Shown here in pieces: positions 10,565 through 18,971 of a stretch of 64,000 bases of DNA (its first letter is position 1; each line of letters opens with the position of its first letter). The notes beneath the pieces were generated by a model, which was given only the letters and a program-made list of their open reading frames with translations, was not told where the DNA came from and ran no database searches. The DNA is from an uncultured Acidobacteriaceae bacterium (GTDB taxonomy: Bacteria; Acidobacteriota; Terriglobia; Terriglobales; Acidobacteriaceae). The position numbers and the translations under genes were made by a program. The stretch covers positions 30,378-94,377 of the forward strand of contig CAIMKZ010000076.1 of the NCBI GenBank assembly GCA_903842065.1, read 5' to 3'.

Positions 10565-10570
10565 GCTTTT

Positions 10571-11407
10571 ATGTACTCCGTTAAAGAGATCTTCTATACG
10601 TTGCAGGGCGAGGGTGCGCAGACCGGGCGCGCAGCGGTGTTCTGCCGCTTTGCGGGGTGCAATCTGTGGTCGGGGCGTGAGGAAGATCGGGCTGCGGCGG
10701 TTTGCAGGTTCTGCGATACGGATTTTGTTGGGACTGCCGGACAGAGCGGTGGGAAGTTTGCTTCGGCTGAGGAATTGGCGGAGGCGATTGCGGCTTGCTG
10801 GCCTTTGGGCAAGGCAACTGCTCCGGATGTCAGTGGTGGGTTGAGTGTTGAACTATCCCAGGTCCCCAAATGCGAGGGACCTGGGGCACCCAGCGTTGTG
10901 GCTGGTTCAGAAAAGACAACCGCAGGTCCTTCGACTCCGGTCGCAGCGGCGACCTCCGCTCAGGATGACAGTGGCTTTAATGTTGATGTCAGTGGCTTGA
11001 GTAAAGTTGATGACAGTGGCGGGCAGAAGTTTGTTGTTTGTACGGGTGGCGAGCCGCTGTTGCAACTCGATGTCGCGCTGATTGAGGCGTTGCACGCGCG
11101 CGGGTTTGAGATCGCTGTCGAGACCAATGGCACCTGCGCAGCTCCGGCGGGACTGGATTGGGTTTGCGTGAGCCCAAAGGCGGGCGCCGATTTGAAGCAA
11201 ACAAGCGGCGACGAACTCAAGCTGGTGTTTCCGCAGCAGGGGATCGAGCCGGAGCAGTTTGCAGGCTTGAGTTTTCGCTATTTCTTTTTGCAGCCGATGG
11301 ATGGACCGGATCGAGAGCGAAACACCGAGCTTGCCGTGCACTATTGTCTAGAGCATACGCGGTGGCGGGTGAGCTTGCAGACGCACAAGTTGCTGGGGAT
11401 CGCGTAA
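10571..11407 (+). CDS. queE: 7-carboxy-7-deazaguanine synthase (radical SAM, CX14CX2C type) with ~70-aa internal insertion
   Basis: KEIFYTLQGEG, FCRFAGCNLWSGREEDRAAAVCRFCDTDF, VCTGGEPLLQ, ETNG, VSPK, SLQTHK. Confidence 0.95.
   Translation: MYSVKEIFYTLQGEGAQTGRAAVFCRFAGCNLWSGREEDRAAAVCRFCDTDFVGTAGQSGGKFASAEELAEAIAACWPLGKATAPDVSGGLSVELSQVPKCEGPGAPSVVAGSEKTTAGPSTPVAAATSAQDDSGFNVDVSGLSKVDDSGGQKFVVCTGGEPLLQLDVALIEALHARGFEIAVETNGTCAAPAGLDWVCVSPKAGADLKQTSGDELKLVFPQQGIEPEQFAGLSFRYFFLQPMDGPDRERNTELAVHYCLEHTRWRVSLQTHKLLGIA
10856..10893 (+). repeat. REP-like palindrome family A, copy 1 (inside queE, in frame)
   Basis: TCCCAGGTCCC-AAATGCGA-GGGACCTGGG-GCACCCAG; 10-bp stem. Confidence 0.9.
10922..10970 (+). 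repeat. Second palindromic element (GCAGGTCCTTCGACTCC...CGCTCAGGATGACA type) inside queE
   Basis: Internal hairpin GGTCGC-AGCG-GCGACC; resembles an intergenic repeat family I recall from other genomes; only one copy in this window. Confidence 0.6.
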
Positions 11408-11410
11408 AAG

Positions 11411-11440
11411 CAGGGACTAAGGGACGGAGGGAGTCGGGAA
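11411..11440 (+). repeat. Octameric GGGAC-type tandem repeat after queE stop
   Basis: cagggact aagggacg gagggagt cgggaa. Confidence 0.7.
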
Positions 11441-11460
11441 TCGTTGCCCGAGTCCACTCA

Positions 11461-11922
11461 TCACTGTCCACTTGCTTTTGCTTTGGCTTCGGCTTCCGCC
11501 AGCCAGCCGCGGCGCAGTTTCTCCTCGGGAATGTTGGACAGATATGGCTTGATGTCGAGGACCGGCGTGCGATCGAGCATGTCTACGCCGCGAACGTAGA
11601 GGGACGCTCCGTCGCGGCGGAGTAGTTCGACGACAGTGATCGCAATCGGGTTGGGGCGCTTGGGCGAGCGGGTGGCGAAGAGTCCGTGTTCGACGCCGAG
11701 CGCATTTGGCGGGCTGGACAGAAGCGTGTAGCCCTCCGAGCGATCGAACTCCCAGAGGATGTAGAGGTGCGAGAAGCCCTCGATGTCTTTGAGCCCCTCT
11801 TCGAACTCGCGCAGGACCTCGATGACGCCTTCGGCATCGTGCTTGGCGTTCATGCCCTTTGGAATGGACGAGGTGTCGAGGTGTGGGGTGTGGACGTAGG
11901 CGATCGGTTGGGATGTAAACAT
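11461..11922 (-). CDS. trmO: tRNA (N6-threonylcarbamoyladenosine(37)-N6)-methyltransferase TrmO/TsaA family
   Basis: GLKDIEGFSHLYILWEFD, GLFATRSPKRPNPIAIT, VRGVDMLDRTPVLDIKPY. Confidence 0.88.
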   Translation of the reverse strand: MFTSQPIAYVHTPHLDTSSIPKGMNAKHDAEGVIEVLREFEEGLKDIEGFSHLYILWEFDRSEGYTLLSSPPNALGVEHGLFATRSPKRPNPIAITVVELLRRDGASLYVRGVDMLDRTPVLDIKPYLSNIPEEKLRRGWLAEAEAKAKASGQ

Positions 11923-12025
11923 AGTGGTGTTCCGCCTCGGAAGAATATCGTAACTGATGAGAGTGATTCGCGGACGAAATTGCCCGCGATAGCTATTGGA
12001 TGCAAATACCACGAGGAGAGATTCG

Positions 12026-12976
12026 ATGCGCGCAGCCGTTGTTACCGAACTTGGAAAGAGCCCCCAGTACCTTGAGTTTCCCGAACCTGTGATCGAAGCC
12101 GGCGAGCAACTGGTTCATGTGCGCGCGGCAGGGCTGCACAATCTGGTGAAGGCGCTGGCCAGGGGGGCGCATTACGCGGGCTCAAACGAGTTACCGTTTG
12201 TTGCGGGCGTGGATGGCGTCGGAACGCTGGACTCTAGCGAACGGGTCTACTTTATCTTTGCGCGCAGGCCGTGGGGCACGATTGCCGAGCGTGCTCCGGC
12301 TGAGAAGGCGCTTTGCGTGCCGCTTCCGGCAGGGATCAGTGACGTGGATGCGGCGGCGGTGGTGAATCCCGGCATGGCGGCCTGGATCAGCCTGAAGCAT
12401 CGGGCGCGGGTGGCGGCAGGGGAGACGGTGGTGATTCTGGGCGCGACCGGAGTGGCCGGGAATCTCTCCATTCAGTCCGCGCGTCTGCTTGGCGCAAAGC
12501 GCATTGTGGCTGTGGGGCGCAGCGTGGAGCTGATCGATGCGGCGAGCGTGGACCGCATTATCTGCCTGAACGACGGCGAAGAGGCTGTGAGCAAGGCCCT
12601 GGCCGAGGAGGCTGCTGCCGGCATCGACGTGGTGATCGACTACATCTGGGGCAGACCGGTGGAGTTGCTGATCGATGCGCTGACAAAGCAGTTCGACCGT
12701 AACCGGACGCACCCGACGCGACTGGTGCAGATTGGCGATATGGCGGGCAAGACGATTACGCTGGCTGGCTCGACGCTGCGCAGCGTCGATTTGACGCTTA
12801 TGGGCAGCGGGATCGGCTCGGCGCCGATGAAGCTGATTCTTGAGGCGGCTGCGGAGCTATTCGCGATGGTTGCCGAGGGGAAGATGCAGGTACAGACTGT
12901 AGCCGTGCCGCTGGCGGAGGTCAACGAAGCCTGGGGCCGGGTGGAGAAGGCGCGCAGGATCGTGCTGACGATTTGA
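12026..12976 (+). CDS. MDR-family (zinc-type alcohol dehydrogenase-like / quinone) oxidoreductase
   Basis: MRAAVV...VHVRAAGL, GVDGVG, ILGATGVAG Rossmann motif, DVVIDYIWG; GAGGAG SD. Confidence 0.85.
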   Translation: MRAAVVTELGKSPQYLEFPEPVIEAGEQLVHVRAAGLHNLVKALARGAHYAGSNELPFVAGVDGVGTLDSSERVYFIFARRPWGTIAERAPAEKALCVPLPAGISDVDAAAVVNPGMAAWISLKHRARVAAGETVVILGATGVAGNLSIQSARLLGAKRIVAVGRSVELIDAASVDRIICLNDGEEAVSKALAEEAAAGIDVVIDYIWGRPVELLIDALTKQFDRNRTHPTRLVQIGDMAGKTITLAGSTLRSVDLTLMGSGIGSAPMKLILEAAAELFAMVAEGKMQVQTVAVPLAEVNEAWGRVEKARRIVLTI

Positions 12977-13027
12977 TCTCATCAAAATCACGTTTTGTGG
13001 AAATCTGGACACAAATGGACGTGACTG

Positions 13028-13057
13028 GGAACACTTTAGCCCCTTGCCGGTGTCTAA
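13028..13057 (+). promoter_or_regulatory. Candidate ECF-type promoter GGAAC-N19-GTCTAA upstream of the ECF sigma gene
   Basis: GGAAC 13028-13032 and GTCTAA 13052-13057; ECF sigmas commonly autoregulate. Confidence 0.55.
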
Positions 13058-13274
13058 GAGAATAAGGGTGCGTCCATCCGGCAACCACCGGGGGCGTCTC
13101 TCATCCGTTCGGCGGGCTCGGATTTCAGGGCTTGGCGGGCGGAGCAACTGGCGGTGGGCACCTGTGCCGGTGCATGGCATAGGGCAGGTTGATTACGGGC
13201 CAATATTTGATTGGCGCCGGACCAGCCTGAGTTGCGGTAAGGTGGGAGAAACTGATCTGCGGACGGACCTCACC

Positions 13275-13919
13275 ATGGGCAATCTAACCAGCGCGCTTAC
13301 GTTTCAGTCCGAAGAAGCGGCTCTCGTCGCCGAGCTGAAGGCCGGCTCCGAGGAGGCGTTTGCGTGGCTCATCGAACGCTATCATCAATCGATTTACTCG
13401 CTCCTGGCGCGCACCGTCCAGGATCAGGGAGACGCTGCCGATTTAGCGCAGGAAGTATTTGTAAAGGTCTTCCGCGGGATCGGGAGTTTCCATGGGGAGT
13501 CGTCGCTGCGTACCTGGATTTACAGGATCGCGCTGCGCGAGGCCTCTAACCAGCGGCGCTGGTGGATGCGGCACTGTCAGCACGAGGTTCCGATGGACCA
13601 GCCAATTGGAGAGCAGGGTGAGGGAACTCCGATACTGCTTAGAGACACACTGGTCGATCCGGGCGTGTCACCGTATGAGCGGGCGGCGCAGGAAGAAGAA
13701 CGGACGCGGGTGGAATGGGCTCTGGAGCAGGTTCCCGAGCCGTATCGCACAACGCTGATCCTGCGCGATGTAGAGGGATTCATTTACGAGGAAGTGGCTG
13801 AGATGCAGGGAGTGAATCTGGGGACAGTGAAATCGCGGCTGGTACGTGGCCGCGCGATCCTCAGACGCCTGCTTGAGGCCCCATCGTCCAGCCAGCAGCC
13901 TGTAGCAGTGGCTGGGTGA
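13275..13919 (+). CDS. ECF RNA polymerase sigma factor
   Basis: DAADLAQEVFVKVF, FHGESSLRTWIYRIA, region 4 LILRDVEGFIYEEVAEM...GTVKSRLVRGR. Confidence 0.93.
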   Translation: MGNLTSALTFQSEEAALVAELKAGSEEAFAWLIERYHQSIYSLLARTVQDQGDAADLAQEVFVKVFRGIGSFHGESSLRTWIYRIALREASNQRRWWMRHCQHEVPMDQPIGEQGEGTPILLRDTLVDPGVSPYERAAQEEERTRVEWALEQVPEPYRTTLILRDVEGFIYEEVAEMQGVNLGTVKSRLVRGRAILRRLLEAPSSSQQPVAVAG

Positions 13920-13944
13920 GGATGCCCTTCGGAGAGGAGGCGCA

Positions 13945-14628
13945 ATGAACGGCTGCGATAAAATTCGTAATTCGATTTCGGATTATCTTGACGGGCGGTT
14001 GACCGGGCGCGAGATGCAGGTGATCTGCTCGCATCTGGATCGGTGCCGGGAGTGCGCGCTGGAGTACCGGCTGACGGAGGACACGCAGCGGTCGCTGGCC
14101 CGGCTTGGCCCCGTTGCTGAGCCGCCTGATATGTTGTTGCGGATTCGCGTGGCTGTGAGCCATGAACGCGCGCGCAGCCAGCGCAGGATGCTGGACGGGT
14201 TCGAACTGATGTGGAAGAACACGCTGGGCCCCTTCCTTTTGCAGGCATCCGCGGGTTTTGCCAGCGCGGTTCTGCTGCTGGGCACGGTAGTGTTTCTGGT
14301 AACCATGTTCACGCAGCCGGCGGCAGTGCAGGCCAGCAAGGACGAGCCGTTGGGCAACGCCACGGCGCCGCGTCTGCTTTATCTTTCCAGCCCCGCAGTG
14401 GGCGATCAGATCAACGCCTCGGCTACTCCGGTAGTGGTGGAGGCATATGTGAACGGCTCCGGACAGGTGTACGACTACCGGATTATCTCCGGGCCGACCG
14501 ATCCGGTCACTCGCTCGGAGGTGGAGAATATGCTTCTGTTCAGTGTCTTTGAGCCGGCGCGATTCTTCGGTCAGCCGGTGCGTGGGCTGGCGGTGCTGTC
14601 GTTCTCAGGGGTTGCCGTACGCGGATAA
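13945..14628 (+). CDS. Zinc-binding (ZAS, zf-HC2) anti-sigma factor with one TM helix and TonB-C-like C-terminal domain
   Basis: ISDYLDGRL...HLDRCREC (HxxxCxxC), TM at SAVLLLGTVVFLVTMF, VVVEAYVNGSGQVYDYRII...FEPARFFGQPV. Confidence 0.8.
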   Translation: MNGCDKIRNSISDYLDGRLTGREMQVICSHLDRCRECALEYRLTEDTQRSLARLGPVAEPPDMLLRIRVAVSHERARSQRRMLDGFELMWKNTLGPFLLQASAGFASAVLLLGTVVFLVTMFTQPAAVQASKDEPLGNATAPRLLYLSSPAVGDQINASATPVVVEAYVNGSGQVYDYRIISGPTDPVTRSEVENMLLFSVFEPARFFGQPVRGLAVLSFSGVAVRG

Positions 14629-14721
14629 GCGCGGCGTCCTGAGTTCACAGCCGGTATCTTTCTTTCACTTTCGTTTGACCCTGCTCCTGCGTCTAACTAG
14701 ACTTACGAGCAGGGTCTTTCA

Positions 14722-16497
14722 TTGATGACAGCTTCGAGATACTTCCGTTTTGTCTCCTTCGGTGCAGCCGCTGCTCTGCTGCTCGCCGCGTCTTTACCCG
14801 TTTCCGCGCAGTCGTCATCGAGCAGCAGCCAGTCTGGCTCCGCGCAAGGGCCGGCTTATACGCGCGAAAAGGCTCCCACGCAACTCGATCCAGCCGGCCC
14901 CACCATTTCGCTGATCAGCGCCGAGCCGGTATTTGTTATGGCCGCGTCGCTGAACGCGTGCGGCTACGACAACGGGCTGGAAGCGAGCGATCCGGTACGC
15001 GCCAAAGTGCGCGAGCAGGTTGCGCAGGCGCTGGCCAAGAGTGAAGAAGCGCGCACCAATCGCGATGCGTTCTGCCTATACGTCGCGCAGCACAATCTGA
15101 CCGGCGGCCAGAAGGATATCTCGCAGTACATCTCGCTCTCGCTTTATCTGACGCCGCCGCCGGAGATGGAGGTAACGGCCGATCAGACCGAGATGCCTCC
15201 TGACGCCAACCAGGTCTTTGAAGTGCTGCCCATGCTGCGCGCTTTTGTACAGTCCGTGGACCTGCACGGCATCTGGCTGGCGACCAACCATTATTACGAC
15301 GAACAGATCAGCAAGCTGCACGATCCGCTTTCGCAGATGATCGTGAACACGAACACGTATCTGAAGATTCCGGCATCGTCCTATGTAGGGCGGCGATTCA
15401 TCGTCGTCATTGAGCCGATGCTTTCTCCCGCGCTGGTTAATGCGCGCGTATACGGCACGGATTACATCGTGATTCTCTCGCCGGTCGACGGAAAGATCCG
15501 GCTGACGGATGTAAAGCATACGTATCTGCATTATGTTATCGATCCACTTCTGTATGCGCGTTCGAATACCATCGAGCGTTCGAACCCGATCATCAAGGTG
15601 GTAAGCGATGCGCCGATGAACTTCCGCTACCGCTCCGATCCGGTTCCTCTGACCATCGAGTGCATGATCAAGGCGATCGAGGCGCGGACGATGGAAACGG
15701 GGATTCCTGCTTACCGGATTCCGTCCGGCGTGGATCGCTCTGCTCTTCCGCGATACGAGCGCGAGCGGCAGCAGGTAGAGCAGAAGAGGGAGGCCGTGCG
15801 CCAGGCTGCGCTGAACCACAACATGGCTCAGGGGTTTGTGCTGACGAAGTATTTCTACGATGCGATGAAGCTGTTTGAGCGCGATCCGGCCAGCCTGACC
15901 GACACTATTGGAGAGATGGTCTACAGCATGGATGTGGACGCGGAAGTGAAGCTGGCGCGCCAGATCGTATTCGACAAAGAGGCTGACGAGGACGTTCTTG
16001 AACGCAGCGCCCCGCGCAAACTTTCCGGGATGGAACTTGCCGAAGTCAGGCTCTCGCTTGGCGATACGACTCAGGCCGCGGCGATGGCACGGCAGGTGCT
16101 GGCCAAGGAGACCGACACGATACAGTCGGTCGCCGATGCCGCCCGCGCGAACTTTATTCTGGCGCGCGTGAACCTGATTACCGGCCACCCGGAGCAGGCC
16201 TATGACGAGTTTCAAAAGACCCTGACGACGAGCAAAGATCAGCGGGTACTGGCCTGGTCGCACATCTACCTGGGGCGGATGCTCGACCTCCAGTGCAAGC
16301 GCGAAGATGCGCTATCGGAGTACAAGGCGGCACTTGCTGATCGCGATGGGCGGCAGGACACGCGCCTGGCGGCCGAGCGCGGCGTGAAGAGCGCCTACGC
16401 CGTGCCGGGCCACGAAGCCTGTGAAGATGACAGCGACCTGGAAGACGAGCCCGGCGCGGATGCTCCGCCTCAGGCCGGACCAGCGAAAACAAAATAG
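14722..16497 (+). CDS. Secreted protein with gluzincin-like (HxxxH) domain and C-terminal TPRs
   Basis: Signal peptide; KHTYLHYVIDP...TIECMIKAIE; TPR-like ANFILARVNL, WSHIYLGRMLD...ALSEYKAAL. Confidence 0.6.
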   Translation: MMTASRYFRFVSFGAAAALLLAASLPVSAQSSSSSSQSGSAQGPAYTREKAPTQLDPAGPTISLISAEPVFVMAASLNACGYDNGLEASDPVRAKVREQVAQALAKSEEARTNRDAFCLYVAQHNLTGGQKDISQYISLSLYLTPPPEMEVTADQTEMPPDANQVFEVLPMLRAFVQSVDLHGIWLATNHYYDEQISKLHDPLSQMIVNTNTYLKIPASSYVGRRFIVVIEPMLSPALVNARVYGTDYIVILSPVDGKIRLTDVKHTYLHYVIDPLLYARSNTIERSNPIIKVVSDAPMNFRYRSDPVPLTIECMIKAIEARTMETGIPAYRIPSGVDRSALPRYERERQQVEQKREAVRQAALNHNMAQGFVLTKYFYDAMKLFERDPASLTDTIGEMVYSMDVDAEVKLARQIVFDKEADEDVLERSAPRKLSGMELAEVRLSLGDTTQAAAMARQVLAKETDTIQSVADAARANFILARVNLITGHPEQAYDEFQKTLTTSKDQRVLAWSHIYLGRMLDLQCKREDALSEYKAALADRDGRQDTRLAAERGVKSAYAVPGHEACEDDSDLEDEPGADAPPQAGPAKTK

Positions 16498-16530
16498 CTG
16501 TTGCCCACTCCACCCACAGGAGCCTACAGG

Positions 16531-17316
16531 GTGAACGATTCATCGGGACTCAGGGAACTCGAAAAGGCGCTGGGCCATTCCTTTCAACAGCCGGAGTGGC
16601 TGGAGAGGGCGCTCACGCACCGGTCGCTTGCTCACGAGCTGGCGCAGGAGACCGGCGAGTGCGCACCGGCTTCCGGCGACAACGAGCGGCTCGAGTTTCT
16701 GGGCGACGCAGTTCTCAATCTTGCCGTCGGCGAGGCTCTCTTCGAGATGCATCCAGAGTGGAGAGAGGGTGAATTGACTCGGGTTCGGTCGCGCCTGGTG
16801 AGCCGCGAGCATATGGCGCATGTGGCTGCGGCCATCGAACTGGGCGATTATCTGAGGCTCAGCAAGGGCGAGGAGCACAGCGGCCTGCGTCGCAAGAGCA
16901 CCGTGCTTTCCGACACGATGGAGGCAGTTGTTGGGGCACTTTACCTCGACGGCGGTTTCGAACCGGTTCGGAATTTCGTGCGTTCCCAGGTGATGGATGG
17001 AGAGGTGGAGCATCTGGAAGCTGAACTTCGCTCCGGAGCCGCACTGGGCAACTTCAAGTCGGCTTTGCAGGAGAAGCTTCAGGCCGAGCACGCGGGAACA
17101 CCGGTCTATCGGGTCAAGAGCGAGAGCGGCCCGGCCCATCGCAGGCGGTTTCTTGTCGAAGTACGCCTGAAGAACGAAGCCGGCCAATTCAGCGAGCCGC
17201 TGGCGAGGGGAACCGGAACGACCAAGAAACATGCCGAGCAGGACGCGGCTCAACGGGCGCTTGCGAAACTGGCAACCGATGGGGCCAGTGTGGACGCCGC
17301 GCGGGCGAAAGAGTAG
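16531..17316 (+). CDS. rnc: Ribonuclease III
   Basis: ALTHRS, NERLEFLGDAVL, DTMEAVVGALYLDGG, dsRBD (KSALQE...GTTKKHAEQDAA); GGAG 8 nt before GTG 16531. Confidence 0.96.
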   Translation: MNDSSGLRELEKALGHSFQQPEWLERALTHRSLAHELAQETGECAPASGDNERLEFLGDAVLNLAVGEALFEMHPEWREGELTRVRSRLVSREHMAHVAAAIELGDYLRLSKGEEHSGLRRKSTVLSDTMEAVVGALYLDGGFEPVRNFVRSQVMDGEVEHLEAELRSGAALGNFKSALQEKLQAEHAGTPVYRVKSESGPAHRRRFLVEVRLKNEAGQFSEPLARGTGTTKKHAEQDAAQRALAKLATDGASVDAARAKE

Positions 17317-17323
17317 CGGAGCG

Positions 17324-18073
17324 ATGATTGGATGGTCACAGCTTCGGCTTCAGATGCCCGCTCTGCCAGATGCGCTGGCATCGCTGCTGCGTACCGTGGT
17401 GGTGGCGCTGTTTGTGCTGACGTTCGTTCTTCAGCCGTTTCTGATCCCTTCAGAAAGCATGGAGCACACGCTGCTGGTGGGCGATTTTCTGTTGTTCAAC
17501 AAGCAGGTTTTCGCGCAACCCGGTCCGATGAGCCGCTGGGTGCTGCCTTACCGGCCGATCCAGCGTGGAGATATCGTCGTCTTTCATCATCCCGATCCGC
17601 CTCTGCTTGTGAAGCGCGTGATCGGCCTGCCGGGTGACAGGCTGCGCATCGAGAGTGGGCGCGTGGTGATAAACGGCAATAAACTCGACGAGCCCTATGC
17701 TTCGTTTGAGCCGGCGCAGGCCAACGCCTTCCGCGACAACTTTCCAGCAGCGATATACACCGATCCCGAGGTCGATCCGGATTGGTGGCGGCTGATGCAA
17801 AGCCTGACACAACAAGGCGAGCTGGTGGTGCCTCCGGACGAGTACTTTGTGCTCGGCGATAACCGTAATCACAGCATGGACTCTCGCTTCTGGGGTCTGG
17901 TGCCGCGACAGGCCATCGTAGCGCGTCCGCTGGTGATCTACTTCTCTCTTAGGCGAGCTTCGAAGACCGATGTCGAACAGGCTCAGGATGATAGACTCGG
18001 ACACAACAGGATGATTCTGAATCGGTTGGCGGAATTTGCTCGTTGGAGCCGCATCTTCCGCGTAGTGCGCTGA
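17324..18073 (+). CDS. lepB: Signal peptidase I (copy 1)
   Basis: IPSESMEHTLLVGD (Ser), LVKRVIGLPGD (Lys), FVLGDNRNHSMDSRFWG. Confidence 0.92.
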   Translation: MIGWSQLRLQMPALPDALASLLRTVVVALFVLTFVLQPFLIPSESMEHTLLVGDFLLFNKQVFAQPGPMSRWVLPYRPIQRGDIVVFHHPDPPLLVKRVIGLPGDRLRIESGRVVINGNKLDEPYASFEPAQANAFRDNFPAAIYTDPEVDPDWWRLMQSLTQQGELVVPPDEYFVLGDNRNHSMDSRFWGLVPRQAIVARPLVIYFSLRRASKTDVEQAQDDRLGHNRMILNRLAEFARWSRIFRVVR

Positions 18074-18119
18074 TTATTGAGTCGGTCCGGTACGAATTCC
18101 CTAATCGAGCGACGGAAGA

Positions 18120-18953
18120 ATGGGATCCAGACAGTCAAGAGCTGCGACGCCGGCAGCCGAACCCAAGGCCGGGACACTGGCTCCGGAAAGGGTGGAAGAG
18201 ACGCCTTTCGAGGCGCTCGCCAGCATCTGTTCGGTGCTGGTTATCGGCCTTTTCATTCTCACTTTCCTGGCACAGAACTTTGTGATTCCCTCCGGCTCGA
18301 TGGAGAAGACTCTGTTGATCGGCGACCACCTTGTAGTGGACCGCATCAATCTGGCTCCGCCAGCCAAGTGGATGCCTCTGGTGAGATATCGCGAGCCGAA
18401 GCATGGCGACGTAGTGGTCTTCATCAAGCCGGTGTCTGAGCCCGAACTGGACAGCGAAGGAAAGCCTCAGTACCTGTTTCTGGTCAAGCGGCTTGTGGGC
18501 GTTCCCGGAGATCGCATTCACCTGCGCAACGGCGTAGTGATTCTGAATGGAGTAGCGCAGGAGCAGCCCTACGCTCAGCCGACCACGGCAGAGAACTTCA
18601 CTGAATTTCTCGACGAGTTTCCGGTGATTCCCCCGGGCGACGTTCCCGGCTCGACCGAAAGCTGGGCGGTAAGCTTCCGCCAGTATGAACACAACGGCGA
18701 ACTCGTGGTTCCGCCAGGCATGTACTTCATGATGGGCGATAACCGGCATAACAGCCTGGACTCGCGCTACTGGGGCTTTGTGCCGCGCGCCAACATCGTA
18801 GGCCGCCCGCTATTCAACTACTGGTCCTTCGATACGCCGGAGTCTCAGTACGAAATGAGCGGGCTGGGCGCAAGACTGGCCTGGATGGGACACGTGGCGA
18901 TACACTTCTTCACCGAGACGCGCTGGACGCGGACCTTCCACGTTGTGCACTAA
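18120..18953 (+). CDS. lepB: Signal peptidase I (copy 2)
   Basis: IPSGSMEKTLLIGD, LVKRLVGVPGD, FMMGDNRHNSLDSRYWG. Confidence 0.93.
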   Translation: MGSRQSRAATPAAEPKAGTLAPERVEETPFEALASICSVLVIGLFILTFLAQNFVIPSGSMEKTLLIGDHLVVDRINLAPPAKWMPLVRYREPKHGDVVVFIKPVSEPELDSEGKPQYLFLVKRLVGVPGDRIHLRNGVVILNGVAQEQPYAQPTTAENFTEFLDEFPVIPPGDVPGSTESWAVSFRQYEHNGELVVPPGMYFMMGDNRHNSLDSRYWGFVPRANIVGRPLFNYWSFDTPESQYEMSGLGARLAWMGHVAIHFFTETRWTRTFHVVH

Positions 18954-18971
18954 TCGAAGACCGGAACGAAG

